From assembly GCA_964610025.1 (NCBI GenBank), contig CAZSTX010000002.1, positions 2,752-66,751 on the forward strand: a DNA stretch of 64,000 bases, written 5' to 3'. Made by a program: the position numbers and the translations under genes. Positions 7,642-17,292 of the stretch are shown here, piece by piece (the first letter of the stretch is position 1; each line of letters starts with the position of its first letter). This DNA is from an uncultured Lentimicrobiaceae bacterium (lineage in GTDB: Bacteria; Bacteroidota; Bacteroidia; Bacteroidales; WCHB1-69). Below the pieces are notes generated by a model that had not been told where the DNA came from, made no database searches, and saw only the letters and a program-made list of their open reading frames with translations.

Positions 7642-10600
7642 TTAATTTTTACTTTTTTCAATTTCAATCCCTAAACTAATCGTTGCTGATAGTTCTATTT
7701 GTTGTTTAAAATTAAAATTATCAATTAGTGTTAAACTATTACATAAGGTTTCGGAGCAAATATAATGGTTATATGATTGTAAAACTTTTTCTATTTCAGA
7801 ATGATATGATAATCTGATATTAATTTTATCTATTACATCAAAATCGTTTTCTTTACGAATATTTTGAATTCGATTTACTAACTCACGAGCAATTCCTTCA
7901 TAAAGAAGCTGATCAGTAATAGTAATGTCAAGAGCAACGGTAACAGCATCTTCTTTTGCTACTATCCAACCGGGAATATCGTCAGTAAGAATTTCTACAT
8001 CTTCTAAAGTAATAGTAATATTTTGATTTTCAACATTAAGATTTAATTCTTTTTCTGCTTCTATTTGAGTAATGTCATTTTGAGAAAAATGTGAAATAGC
8101 TGTAGCAATTGCTTTCATCATTTTGCCATATTTTGGACCTAATACTTTAAAGTTAGGTTTAATTTTCTTTATTAAAATATTATTATCATCGCTTAAAAAT
8201 TCTATCTTTTTAATATTAACTTCCGACATAATTAATTCTTCTACTGCTTCGATTTGCTCTTGCATTTGAGGCGAAATAATGGGTATAATAATGCGTGAAA
8301 GTGGTTGTCGTACTTTAATATTATTACGTTTACGTAAAGAAAGTACCATTGATGAAATTTGCTGTGCCAATTGCATTTGTTTTTCTAAAGATATATTAAT
8401 ATATTTTTTATTTGCTATTGGGAAATCGCTATGATGTACAGATTCTGCTTTATTTTTTTTGCTAACCTTATTTAAATCGCGATAAATCTGCTCGGCAAAG
8501 AAAGGGGCTATAGGAGCCATTAGTTGAGATAATACTTCTAAACAAGTATAAAGAGTTTGATAAGCAGATATTTTATCTTCATTGTATTCTCCTTTCCAAA
8601 AACGTCTACGGCTTAAACGGACATACCAATTGCTTAAATAAACATCAACAAAATATTGTATGATTCTTCCGGCTTTAGTTGGCTCATAGTCTTCATAAAA
8701 AGCATCTACTTTATTGATAAGAGTATTTAATTCAGAAAGTATCCATTGGTCAATTTCAGGTCGTTGTTTTAAAGGAATATCAGTTTCTTCATATTTAAAT
8801 TTATCAATATTAGCATATAAAGCAAAAAAACTATATGTATTATATAATGTTCCAAAGAATTTACGTCTTACTTCATCAATACCATCGATATCAAATTTTA
8901 AATTTTCCCATGGTTGTGTATTGGTAATCATGTACCAACGGGTTGCATCTGGACCATATTTTTCTAATGTTTCAAAAGGATCAACAGCATTTCCTAATCG
9001 TTTCGACATTTTATTTCCACTTTTATCTAAAACTAAACCATTAGAGATTACATTTTTATATGATACAGAATCAGATATAATGGTAGCAATAGCATGAAGA
9101 GTAAAAAACCAACCGCGTGTTTGGTCAACACCTTCGGCTATAAAATCAGCTGGAAAAACATTTGATATATCATTGTGAGGATAAAAATACTGGGCATAGG
9201 GCATTGCTCCGCTATCAAACCAGACGTCAATTAAATCAAGTTCTCTCATCATTTTTTTGCCTGAAGGAGATACTAAAATTACGTGATCAATATAAGGGCG
9301 ATGCAAATCGAACGTTTTGTAATCCTCTGATTTATATGGATTTTCATTCATAAAGCCAAAATCAATAGCTTTATTGATTTCTTGACGTAATTGTGCTACT
9401 GATTCAATGCAAATTTCTTCTTTTCCATCTTCAGTACGCCATATAGGAAGTGGTGTGCCCCAATAGCGAGAACGTGAAAGATTCCAATCTACTAAATTTT
9501 CTAACCAATTTCCAAAACGTCCAGTTCCTGTAGATTCGGGTTTCCATCGAATAGTTTTATTTAATGCTATCATTCGTTCTTTAATAGCTGTTGTGCGGAT
9601 AAACCAACTATCTAAAGGATAATATAGTATTGGTTTATCTGTTCGCCAACAATGGGGATAACTATGTGTGTGTTTTTCGATTTTAAAAGCGAGGTTTTGC
9701 TGTTTTAACATTACGCAAATATCTACATCTAACGATTCCGTTTGGGATTCTACTGCGTATTCATTTTTAACATATCTTCCCGCAAACTCTTTGTATAATG
9801 CTACATTAACTTGATGTTTAATGAATTCTGAGCTTAATTCTTCTAAACGATAAAATTTTCCTGTTTTATCAACCATCGGTTGATGTTTTCCTTCATTATC
9901 TATCACAAAAAGAGGAGGCACACCCGATTGTTTTGCAACACGGTCGTCGTCAGCCCCAAAAGTAGGAGCTATATGTACAATTCCTGTTCCATCTTCGGTT
10001 GTAACAAAGTCGCCTGCGATAACTTTAAAAGCTCCTTTTCCGGGATTAACCCACGGAATAAGTTGTTCATATTCCATGCCTATTAGTTTTTCTCCCTTGC
10101 ATTGAGCTATTATTTGATAAGGAATATTTTTATCGCCTAATTGATAATTATCAAAAGAAAGATTTTCATTTTTTTCTGAAAAATAGATTGATAATAAGGC
10201 TTTCGCTAAAATAACAAAAATAGGTTTGCCTGAATAAGCATTAATAGTGTGTACTAAAACATAATCGATAGTTGGACCTATGGCTAAAGCTGTATTGGAA
10301 GGCAAAGTCCAAGGGGTTGTTGTCCATGCTAATAAATAAACATTATCCGGCATCTCTCCTGTGAGATTCCAAGGACAAGTTTTTAAATAGCGTTGTTGTT
10401 TTGATAGATGAAATTGAGCGACTACTGTGGTGTCTTTAACATCGCGATAGCAGCCGGGCATATTTAATTCGTGAGAGCTAAGTCCTGTTCCTGCTGCTGG
10501 CGAATAAGGTTGAATGGTGTAGCCTTTGTATAATAGTCCTTTTTTATACATTTGGGCTAATAAATACCATAAGGTTTCAATATATTTGTTTTCAAAAGTA

Positions 10601-11052
10601 ATATAAGGGTGTTCTAAATCAACCCAATAGCCCATTTTTATGGTTAAATCATCCCATAAATCTTTGTATTTCATTACTTCTTTACGACAGGCTTGATTGT
10701 ATTCATCGACAGATATTTTTGTACCTATATCTTCTTTTGTAATACCTAAGCTTTGTTCAACTGCTAGTTCAATAGGTAGTCCATGTGTATCCCATCCGGC
10801 TTTACGTTCAACATAAAATCCTTTTTGTGTTTTATAGCGGCAAAAAATATCTTTGATAGTACGTGCCATTACATGGTGAATGCCTGGCTTTCCATTGGCA
10901 GAAGGAGGTCCTTCGTAAAAAATGAAAGGAGTTTTTCCTTTGCGAAGAGCAAGGCTTTGCTGAAAAGTATTGTTTTCAATCCAATATTGTAAAATTTTAT
11001 TGCTTACATCAACAAGGTTGAAATTTTTATATTCAGTGTATTTCTTAGTCAT
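7642..11052 (-). CDS. ileS: Isoleucine--tRNA ligase (long, type 2 form)
   Basis: 1136 aa, HIGH-type motif region (PGIHHVMAR), KMSKS motif (NKMSKRLGN), CP1 editing-domain length. Confidence 0.97.
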   Translation of the reverse strand: MTKKYTEYKNFNLVDVSNKILQYWIENNTFQQSLALRKGKTPFIFYEGPPSANGKPGIHHVMARTIKDIFCRYKTQKGFYVERKAGWDTHGLPIELAVEQSLGITKEDIGTKISVDEYNQACRKEVMKYKDLWDDLTIKMGYWVDLEHPYITFENKYIETLWYLLAQMYKKGLLYKGYTIQPYSPAAGTGLSSHELNMPGCYRDVKDTTVVAQFHLSKQQRYLKTCPWNLTGEMPDNVYLLAWTTTPWTLPSNTALAIGPTIDYVLVHTINAYSGKPIFVILAKALLSIYFSEKNENLSFDNYQLGDKNIPYQIIAQCKGEKLIGMEYEQLIPWVNPGKGAFKVIAGDFVTTEDGTGIVHIAPTFGADDDRVAKQSGVPPLFVIDNEGKHQPMVDKTGKFYRLEELSSEFIKHQVNVALYKEFAGRYVKNEYAVESQTESLDVDICVMLKQQNLAFKIEKHTHSYPHCWRTDKPILYYPLDSWFIRTTAIKERMIALNKTIRWKPESTGTGRFGNWLENLVDWNLSRSRYWGTPLPIWRTEDGKEEICIESVAQLRQEINKAIDFGFMNENPYKSEDYKTFDLHRPYIDHVILVSPSGKKMMRELDLIDVWFDSGAMPYAQYFYPHNDISNVFPADFIAEGVDQTRGWFFTLHAIATIISDSVSYKNVISNGLVLDKSGNKMSKRLGNAVDPFETLEKYGPDATRWYMITNTQPWENLKFDIDGIDEVRRKFFGTLYNTYSFFALYANIDKFKYEETDIPLKQRPEIDQWILSELNTLINKVDAFYEDYEPTKAGRIIQYFVDVYLSNWYVRLSRRRFWKGEYNEDKISAYQTLYTCLEVLSQLMAPIAPFFAEQIYRDLNKVSKKNKAESVHHSDFPIANKKYINISLEKQMQLAQQISSMVLSLRKRNNIKVRQPLSRIIIPIISPQMQEQIEAVEELIMSEVNIKKIEFLSDDNNILIKKIKPNFKVLGPKYGKMMKAIATAISHFSQNDITQIEAEKELNLNVENQNITITLEDVEILTDDIPGWIVAKEDAVTVALDITITDQLLYEGIARELVNRIQNIRKENDFDVIDKINIRLSYHSEIEKVLQSYNHYICSETLCNSLTLIDNFNFKQQIELSATISLGIEIEKSKN

Positions 11053-11085
11053 AAAAAGTATTAAAAATAGAAAACGTTCTTTATA

Positions 11086-13518
11086 TTAATTGTGTAATGG
11101 AATTCTTGTTTTATAAAAAGACCTCCAAACAAACACTAATCCTATTAATAAGAAAACACTTCCAATAATCATCGTATAATCAAATCCATTAGTAGCAGCA
11201 ATTTTCATTTTCACTGCAATTTCTACTGCTAATAATCCAAATAGCGTTGAAAATTTGATAATAGGATTAAGAGAAACAGACGAGGTGTCTTTAAATGGAT
11301 CGCCTACTGTATCGCCTACAATAACTGCATCGTGTAATTCTGTTCCTTTTTCTTTCATGTCGACTTCTACATATTTTTTTGCATTATCCCATGCTCCACC
11401 TGCATTTGCCATAAAAATAGCTTGGAACAATCCAAAGACAGCAATTGATATCAAATAAGCTATAAAAAAGTAAGGATCAAAAAATGCAAATGCTAAGGTA
11501 AGTGTCATTAAAGCTAAGAATATATTCCACATTCCTTTTTGAGCATATTCTGTACATATTTTTACAACGGTTTTAGAATCTTCAATATCAGCAGCAGCTT
11601 TATTGATATTAAAGTTTCTTTTAATAAAATCGACAGCTTTATAAGCACCCGTAGTAACAGCTTGCATAGATGAGCCGCTGAACCAAAAAATAACAGCCCC
11701 GCCACAAATAAATCCAAGAATAATGGGAGCACTTGTAAGACTTAGTGGGTTGAAAGCTTCTGTTAGTGTTGGAAATAATAAATGCTGTACATTTTCTAAT
11801 AAAAGAATAATAGAAAATATCATTGTTGTTGCTCCAACTACTGCTGTTCCGATAAGTACAGGTTTTGCGGTTGCTTTAAATGTATTTCCAGCCGAATCAT
11901 TGGCTTCAAGATAATGTTTTCCTTCTTCAAAATTAGGTTGAAATCCAAAATCATTTTTAATTTCTTCTTCAATATTAGGTAATTGTTCTATTTGTGATAA
12001 TTCAAAAATAGACTGTGCGTTGTCGGTTACAGGTCCATAACTATCTACAGCAATGGTTACAGGTCCCATACAAAGAAATCCAAAAGCTACCATTCCGAAA
12101 GCAAATATAGAAGCATGTGGTCCCATAATTTCGGAAAGCCCTGCTTGGCTGATAAAATAAGCAAGTGTCATTAGTCCTACTATAAGTAATCCCTTCCAAA
12201 AAGCACTAAAATAGCCAGCAATAAGTCCTGAAAGTATTGTTAAAGAAGAACCTCCTTCTTTTGAGGCGGTAACAATTTCATGAACATGAGCCGATTTTGA
12301 ACTTGTAAATTTTTTAGTAAATTCTGGAATAAGTACAGCAGCAAGTGTTCCACAACTAATAATAGATGCCATTTTCCACCATAAAGTTACATCAGCAAGG
12401 TCGCCTATTAACATATAGCTCATGCCGAAAGAAGTAAAAATACTCAATATAGCTGCAATCCAGATTAATCGTGTTAAAGGTTCTTCAAAATCGAAAAATT
12501 TTAAATTTTTATATTTTCTTTTTGAAATAGCTTGATTAATAAAATAAGATATTCCTGACATAATATCCATTAAAAAACGCATTGCAAATATCCATACAAT
12601 TAATTTTGCTTGTATATCAACTTCTTTTACTGCCAATGAGATAAAAGAAATGAGGGCAACTCCTGTAACACCGTAAGTTTCAAACCCATCTGCTGTAGGT
12701 CCAACACTGTCGCCAGCATTATCGCCTGTACAATCAGCTATTACACCGGGGTTGCGAGGGTCGTCTTCTTTTACTTTAAAAACTATTTTCATTAAATCAG
12801 AACCAATATCTGCAATTTTAGTAAAAATACCACCTGCAATACGTAGTGCAGATGCACCCAATGATTCGCCTATTGCAAAACCAAGAAAACAATAGCCCAC
12901 AATATCACGAGGTACAAATAATAATATAACTACCATCATTATTAATTCAAGGGAGATAAGAAATAATCCTACGCTCATACCCGAACGAAGTGGAATGTTG
13001 ACAACATCCCATGGATTACCTTTTAGTGCAGCAAATGCTGTTCGTGCATTGGCAAAAGTATTAATACGAATACCATACCATGCTACAGAATAGGAACCTA
13101 CCATTCCTACAATAGAAAATAAAAGGACTAAAGAAACCACAGACAATCCTTGCCCTTGAAGAACAAGAAAATAATAAGTCATTAAAGCTCCGATAATTAT
13201 AAATAGATAAATTAAAAATTTTCCTTGCTGTATCAAATAGGTACTGCATGTTTTGTAAATGGTGTTAGCTACTTCTAACATTGATTGATGAGCAGGTAGT
13301 TTTTTTATTTGATGTCTCAGATAAAGGCTAATACTCAGCGTTCCTACTATTACCAATGCGCCATATAGCATCAAATTCCACCCGGTTATTCCACCAAAAA
13401 AGGCAAAAGTACTACTGTGTAAGTCTGGAATGGGTAAATCGGCTTCACTTGCAAAAGTTAAAAAAGGGAGCATTATTAATGCGAAACTTGTCATTAAGGT
13501 TTTTAAATTGATTTTCAT
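11086..13518 (-). CDS. hppA: Membrane-bound ion-translocating pyrophosphatase, divergent long form with signal peptide
   Basis: 810 aa, polytopic. Motifs GVIADCTGDNAGDSVGPTADGFETY, AWDNAKKYVE and GDTVGDPFKDTSSVSLNPIIKF match the membrane PPase signatures. N-terminal signal-like segment MKINLKTLMTSFALIMLPFLTFA. Confidence 0.9.
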   Translation of the reverse strand: MKINLKTLMTSFALIMLPFLTFASEADLPIPDLHSSTFAFFGGITGWNLMLYGALVIVGTLSISLYLRHQIKKLPAHQSMLEVANTIYKTCSTYLIQQGKFLIYLFIIIGALMTYYFLVLQGQGLSVVSLVLLFSIVGMVGSYSVAWYGIRINTFANARTAFAALKGNPWDVVNIPLRSGMSVGLFLISLELIMMVVILLFVPRDIVGYCFLGFAIGESLGASALRIAGGIFTKIADIGSDLMKIVFKVKEDDPRNPGVIADCTGDNAGDSVGPTADGFETYGVTGVALISFISLAVKEVDIQAKLIVWIFAMRFLMDIMSGISYFINQAISKRKYKNLKFFDFEEPLTRLIWIAAILSIFTSFGMSYMLIGDLADVTLWWKMASIISCGTLAAVLIPEFTKKFTSSKSAHVHEIVTASKEGGSSLTILSGLIAGYFSAFWKGLLIVGLMTLAYFISQAGLSEIMGPHASIFAFGMVAFGFLCMGPVTIAVDSYGPVTDNAQSIFELSQIEQLPNIEEEIKNDFGFQPNFEEGKHYLEANDSAGNTFKATAKPVLIGTAVVGATTMIFSIILLLENVQHLLFPTLTEAFNPLSLTSAPIILGFICGGAVIFWFSGSSMQAVTTGAYKAVDFIKRNFNINKAAADIEDSKTVVKICTEYAQKGMWNIFLALMTLTLAFAFFDPYFFIAYLISIAVFGLFQAIFMANAGGAWDNAKKYVEVDMKEKGTELHDAVIVGDTVGDPFKDTSSVSLNPIIKFSTLFGLLAVEIAVKMKIAATNGFDYTMIIGSVFLLIGLVFVWRSFYKTRIPLHN

Positions 13519-13591
13519 ATACTTAAATTTATATTTATTAATTGTATGGATATAATTACATATTGTCTATACTTTATAGAAAATAAAGTTG

Positions 13592-13599
13592 CAAAATTA
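13592..13599 (-). promoter_or_regulatory. Putative -7 box (TAATTTTG) upstream of hppA
   Basis: Minus-strand TAATTTTG matches TAnnTTTG, 74 nt upstream of ATG 13518. Confidence 0.4.
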
Positions 13600-13633
13600 T
13601 ACTTTTTTTATTCTATTACAGTCTTTTTTATAA

Positions 13634-14866
13634 CTATTTCTTAAATATTAACATACTTAATCTGTCTTTATCAAGTATTTCATTAGCAAGTTCAAGTAAA
13701 TCAGAAGCAGTAATTTTTTCTATTTTTTGACTAATTGTATAGATTGTATCTACTTCTTTATGTAAGAGATGATTACGCCCAATAGATAACATTTCTGTTA
13801 CATTTGATTCGTGTACTATATATGTTTGCCCTATAAGTTGTTGTTTAGCTCTATGTAGTTGCAAAACACCTAATTTACGCGTTCTTAATTTATTTATTTC
13901 TTTAAAAATAAGTTGAATACTTTTTTCTATTGTTTTTGGGTCAGAGGCAGCATAAACGGCAAATATTCCTGCATCGCTTAGTGGAGTATAAGAAGATTCT
14001 ATTGTGTAGGCATATCCATTTTTTTCTCTGATTGCCATATTCAACAATGAACTTAAACAAGGTCCGCCTAAAATATTATTAAGTAAAATAGCTGTTTTAT
14101 TTTTGTTTTCATCGTAATGTGGCAAGGCTTGCCCTATCATTACGTGCGATTGCAACCCATTGATTTTCTTTATTTTTTGTTTTGCATTAAAATTATTAAA
14201 GGCAAATCGTTTATAAATACGTTTTTTTTCTACAAGAATACCAAAATATTTTTGGATTAATATGATACATTTTTTAAAACTCACGTTGCCAACTATTGCT
14301 ATTACCATTTGGTCGGTATGATAGGTTCGGTCTAAAAATGTTTCTATTTTTTCTTTATTAAAGCTTTTCACACTTTTAGTTGTTCCTAAAATGTTTGTTC
14401 CTAAGGTATGTCCTTCAAATATTAAATTTTCGAATTCGTCAAAAATTGATTCAGAAGGATTATCTTTATAAGATTTTATTTCTTCTATTACTACATCTTT
14501 TTCTATAACTATATTTTTCTCGTCAAATATTGAGTTAAAAACGATATCGGCTAATATTTCAATGGCTTTATTGATATAGGTATTCATTATTGAGGCATAA
14601 AAAAAGGTTTCTTCTTTTGTTGTGTAAGCGTTTAAATCGCCTCCTACATTTTCGAGGTAAGATAAAACTTGATAGGTATTTCTTTTTTTTGTCCCTTTAA
14701 AGATAACATGTTCAATAAAATGAGCCAATCCATTTTCGTTTTCTAATTCATCTCGAGTGCCAGTATTGACCACTAATCCTATATGGGATACAGAAGATTG
14801 GACTTGTTTGTGGATAATTTTTATTCCATTTGATAATTGATAATAATTATATGATTCTTGCTGCAT
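13634..14866 (-). CDS. M16 (pitrilysin/insulinase) family zinc peptidase
   Basis: Inverted zinc motif HxxEH (HFIEH) near the N-terminus, 410 aa, two-lobed M16 length. Confidence 0.85.
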   Translation of the reverse strand: MQQESYNYYQLSNGIKIIHKQVQSSVSHIGLVVNTGTRDELENENGLAHFIEHVIFKGTKKRNTYQVLSYLENVGGDLNAYTTKEETFFYASIMNTYINKAIEILADIVFNSIFDEKNIVIEKDVVIEEIKSYKDNPSESIFDEFENLIFEGHTLGTNILGTTKSVKSFNKEKIETFLDRTYHTDQMVIAIVGNVSFKKCIILIQKYFGILVEKKRIYKRFAFNNFNAKQKIKKINGLQSHVMIGQALPHYDENKNKTAILLNNILGGPCLSSLLNMAIREKNGYAYTIESSYTPLSDAGIFAVYAASDPKTIEKSIQLIFKEINKLRTRKLGVLQLHRAKQQLIGQTYIVHESNVTEMLSIGRNHLLHKEVDTIYTISQKIEKITASDLLELANEILDKDRLSMLIFKK

Positions 14867-14875
14867 TATAATATT

Positions 14876-15367
14876 TTAATATAATTTAATCCATTCGTAA
14901 ACATTATTACAATGTTGTAAAAATCGCAAAAAGTCGGAAGTTGTAATAAACAAAGATGCTGTATTAATACAAGGGTGAAAACTTAATTTATTAGCAAAAC
15001 GTAAATTTTCATCTATAAACAAATGCACATGTTTCATAGTGTCGTTAATCAATCCAAAAGGTGTTACCGAACCAGGAGTCAATCCAAGATATTGATATAG
15101 GCGTTTTTCGGAAGCAAAGCTTAATTTTCCTTGTTTTAATTGTTGTTCAATAGCACGAATATCCATTTCTTTATCACAATCGAGTATCACAAGGAAATGT
15201 TTGTTGCCTTTATGGTTTCTAAAAAATAAATTTTTACAATGTTTTGCATCATGTCCTTCCCAAAATTGTTTAGCTATTTCTATAGTTGGTGCAGGTGGAT
15301 GTGCTATATATTGATATTTTATATTCAAATTATCAAGCAGTTGATATAGTTTTGGGTCTCCATTCAT
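14876..15367 (-). CDS. YbaK/ProX-type aminoacyl-tRNA deacylase (prolyl-tRNA synthetase associated domain protein)
   Basis: 163 aa with HCKNLFF...FLVIL...LGLTPGSVTPFGL pattern typical of ProX/PrdX trans-editing proteins. Confidence 0.7.
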   Translation of the reverse strand: MNGDPKLYQLLDNLNIKYQYIAHPPAPTIEIAKQFWEGHDAKHCKNLFFRNHKGNKHFLVILDCDKEMDIRAIEQQLKQGKLSFASEKRLYQYLGLTPGSVTPFGLINDTMKHVHLFIDENLRFANKLSFHPCINTASLFITTSDFLRFLQHCNNVYEWIKLY

Positions 15368-15398
15368 GTATTTATATTTTTATTTTTTTTATGATTCG

Positions 15399-15406
15399 CA
15401 AAAGTA
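15399..15406 (-). promoter_or_regulatory. Putative -7 box (TACTTTTG) for the ProX-like/M16 unit
   Basis: Minus-strand TACTTTTG, 32 nt upstream of ATG 15367. Confidence 0.45.
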
Positions 15407-15468
15407 CACATTAATATTTAATTCTTAAAGAGATAACGTTTTTATCTATTTTTCATCTAATAATTTTA

Positions 15469-15476
15469 TACATTTG
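15469..15476 (+). promoter_or_regulatory. Putative -7 box (TACATTTG) for the response regulator gene
   Basis: TACATTTG, 14 nt upstream of ATG 15490. Confidence 0.45.
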
Positions 15477-15489
15477 CAAAAAAAAACTC

Positions 15490-16182
15490 ATGTCCAATCA
15501 GCATATTCGTATTTTATTAGTTGACGACGAACAAGATATATTAGAATTTATTAGTTATAATTTAAAAAAAGAAGGTTATCAAGTGTTTACTGCTAATAAT
15601 GGGAAAAAGGCTATTGAAAAAGCTTTGACAATCAAACCTCATTTGATTTTATTAGATGTAATGATGCCTGAATTAGATGGCATAGAGACTTGCTTGGCAA
15701 TAAAAACTTATCCTAAACTTTCACAAACTATCATAGCTTTTCTTTCTGCTCGCGGAGAAGATTATACAAAAATTTCCGGATTAGATTCTGGTGCAGACGA
15801 TTATATTACTAAACCTATTCATCCTAAAATGTTGTTGTCAAAAGTAAAATCATTGTTAAGGAGAACCATTGACGACTCATTGTTAGAGTGTAATTATCAG
15901 CGGATTACATTAAAAGATATTGTTATTGATAGAGAATGTTATATTGTTATTTGTAAAGGGGAAAAAATATTACTACCTCCTAAAGAGTTTGATATATTGT
16001 GGTTGTTAGCTACAAAAATAAATAAAGTTGTTAGTAGAAATGAAATCTATCATCAGTTATGGGGCAATAAAATAATCGTTGGTGATAGAACGATTGATGT
16101 ACATATTCGTCGTTTGCGAAAACATATTGGGATAGAAAATATTAAAACTATCAAGGGGAAAGGTTATCTTTATGAAGAATAA
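15490..16182 (+). CDS. OmpR/PhoB-family two-component response regulator (receiver + winged helix)
   Basis: Receiver motifs LLVDDE and LLDVMMPELDG, K in ITKP, C-terminal wHTH (RTIDVHIRRLRKHI). No histidine kinase gene is adjacent. Confidence 0.9.
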   Translation: MSNQHIRILLVDDEQDILEFISYNLKKEGYQVFTANNGKKAIEKALTIKPHLILLDVMMPELDGIETCLAIKTYPKLSQTIIAFLSARGEDYTKISGLDSGADDYITKPIHPKMLLSKVKSLLRRTIDDSLLECNYQRITLKDIVIDRECYIVICKGEKILLPPKEFDILWLLATKINKVVSRNEIYHQLWGNKIIVGDRTIDVHIRRLRKHIGIENIKTIKGKGYLYEE

Positions 16183-16186
16183 AAAA

Positions 16187-16548
16187 AACAGCAATTCTAT
16201 AAGCCGGATTCTGTGTGCTGATATATCAGCCTTTCTGTCATTTATCTGGGATATTTATCACTAAATACCTCTATCGACCCACCCTCCGAGATTGGACGAG
16301 CAGCCCTCAAGCCTCGGTTTACATGGTCTTTCAACTCGTAAGGTTTACCCTACGGCATAGTCGCCTATCCCATACGTGAGCTCTTACCTCGCGTTTTCAC
16401 CCTTACCTTTTAAAAGGCGGTTGTTTTCTGTGGCACTATCTGTACTTGCTGTTACAAGCCCTTCCCGTTAGGAAGTACGATGCTCTGCGTTGTCCGGACT
16501 TTCCTCTATATCAAATATATTAATATAGCGACAGAACGAATTGCTGTT
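16187..16548 (-). ncRNA. rnpB: RNase P RNA, bacterial type A
   Basis: Minus strand reads AACAGCAATTC...GAGGAAAGTCCGGAC...GTGCCACAGAAAACA...GGTAAGGGTGAAA...GTAAGAGCTCAC...ACAGAATCCGGCTTATAGAATTGCTGTT. All universally conserved RNase P blocks are present, and an 11-bp P1 helix forms between the two ends. This is a GC-rich island in AT-rich DNA. Confidence 0.95.
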
Positions 16549-16550
16549 GT

Positions 16551-17168
16551 TTATTCAATGAACGATACATCTCCTTTTCCTTTTCGTAAAATCGTAATTT
16601 CGTTATCAATACAACGAATGACAGATGAAGGTTCAAAACCTCCAGCACCACCATCAATCATTATATCAACAAGTCCATTATATTGTTCGTATATAAGTTC
16701 AGGATCTGTGTAATATTCTAAAAAATCATCTTTAATTTTTAAAGAAGCATTTAAAATAGGATTTCCTAATTCTTCTACAATAGCACGAGCTATATTGTTA
16801 TCTGGAATACGAATTCCCACTGTTTTCTTTTTCTGTATATGTTTAGGGACGTTGCTATTCGCTTCTAAAACAAAGGTGTAAGGACCTGGCAATACTTCTT
16901 TCATTAATTTAAAGACAGTGTTATTTAAAGGAAGTGTATAATCTGATAAATTTTTTAAATCGTAACATATAAAAGAAAAATTTGATTTTTCTTTTATCTT
17001 ATTTGTTAAAAAACATAAACGTTCCAATGCTTTTGTATGGTATAAATCACATCCGATACCATAAATTGTATCGGTAGGATAAATAATAATACCTCCATTT
17101 TTTAAACAATCAACTATTTGATTGATATGGCGTTCGTTAGGATTATTTTCATATAGTTTTAACAGCAT
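16551..17168 (-). CDS. tsaC: L-threonylcarbamoyladenylate synthase (TsaC/YrdC family, t6A biosynthesis)
   Basis: YPTDTIYGIGCD motif, 205 aa YrdC-domain length. Confidence 0.9.
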   Translation of the reverse strand: MLLKLYENNPNERHINQIVDCLKNGGIIIYPTDTIYGIGCDLYHTKALERLCFLTNKIKEKSNFSFICYDLKNLSDYTLPLNNTVFKLMKEVLPGPYTFVLEANSNVPKHIQKKKTVGIRIPDNNIARAIVEELGNPILNASLKIKDDFLEYYTDPELIYEQYNGLVDIMIDGGAGGFEPSSVIRCIDNEITILRKGKGDVSFIE

Positions 17169-17190
17169 AAATAATGTTTTTATAAAAAAA

Positions 17191-17287
17191 GGGTAAGCTA
17201 CTTATATCGCATCGCTCAACCATCTTACCCTTGCTATTTTCCAATCCTGGGGGAGTTTGACAGGAGCAGATCGTATAAGACTTACCC
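17191..17287 (-). ncRNA. ffs: Signal recognition particle RNA (small bacterial 4.5S type)
   Basis: The minus strand, GGGTAAGTCTTATACGATCTGCTCCTGTCAAACTCCCCCAGGATTGGAAAATAGCAAGGGTAAGATGG...GCTTACCC, folds as one long hairpin. It has a GGAA tetraloop and an AGCA/AGG asymmetric-loop signature of SRP domain IV. Terminal helix GGGTAAG/CTTACCC, followed by T7. Confidence 0.85.
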
Positions 17288-17292
17288 AATAG

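Noticed and set aside
7475-7645. 56-aa plus-strand ORF (MIKPGRSRLPKIRKLKKAEF...CQEAN) between the IS remnant and ileS
   Set aside because: No recognisable family or promoter box, and it overlaps the convergent ileS stop codon by 4 nt next to IS debris. It may be a leftover of a disrupted gene, but I cannot support it as a feature.
16480-16713. 77-aa plus-strand ORF from the track
   Set aside because: It lies across the 5' part of the RNase P RNA gene and the antisense strand of the tsaC 3' end. The GC-rich stretch that keeps it open is the structured RNA, so it is not coding.
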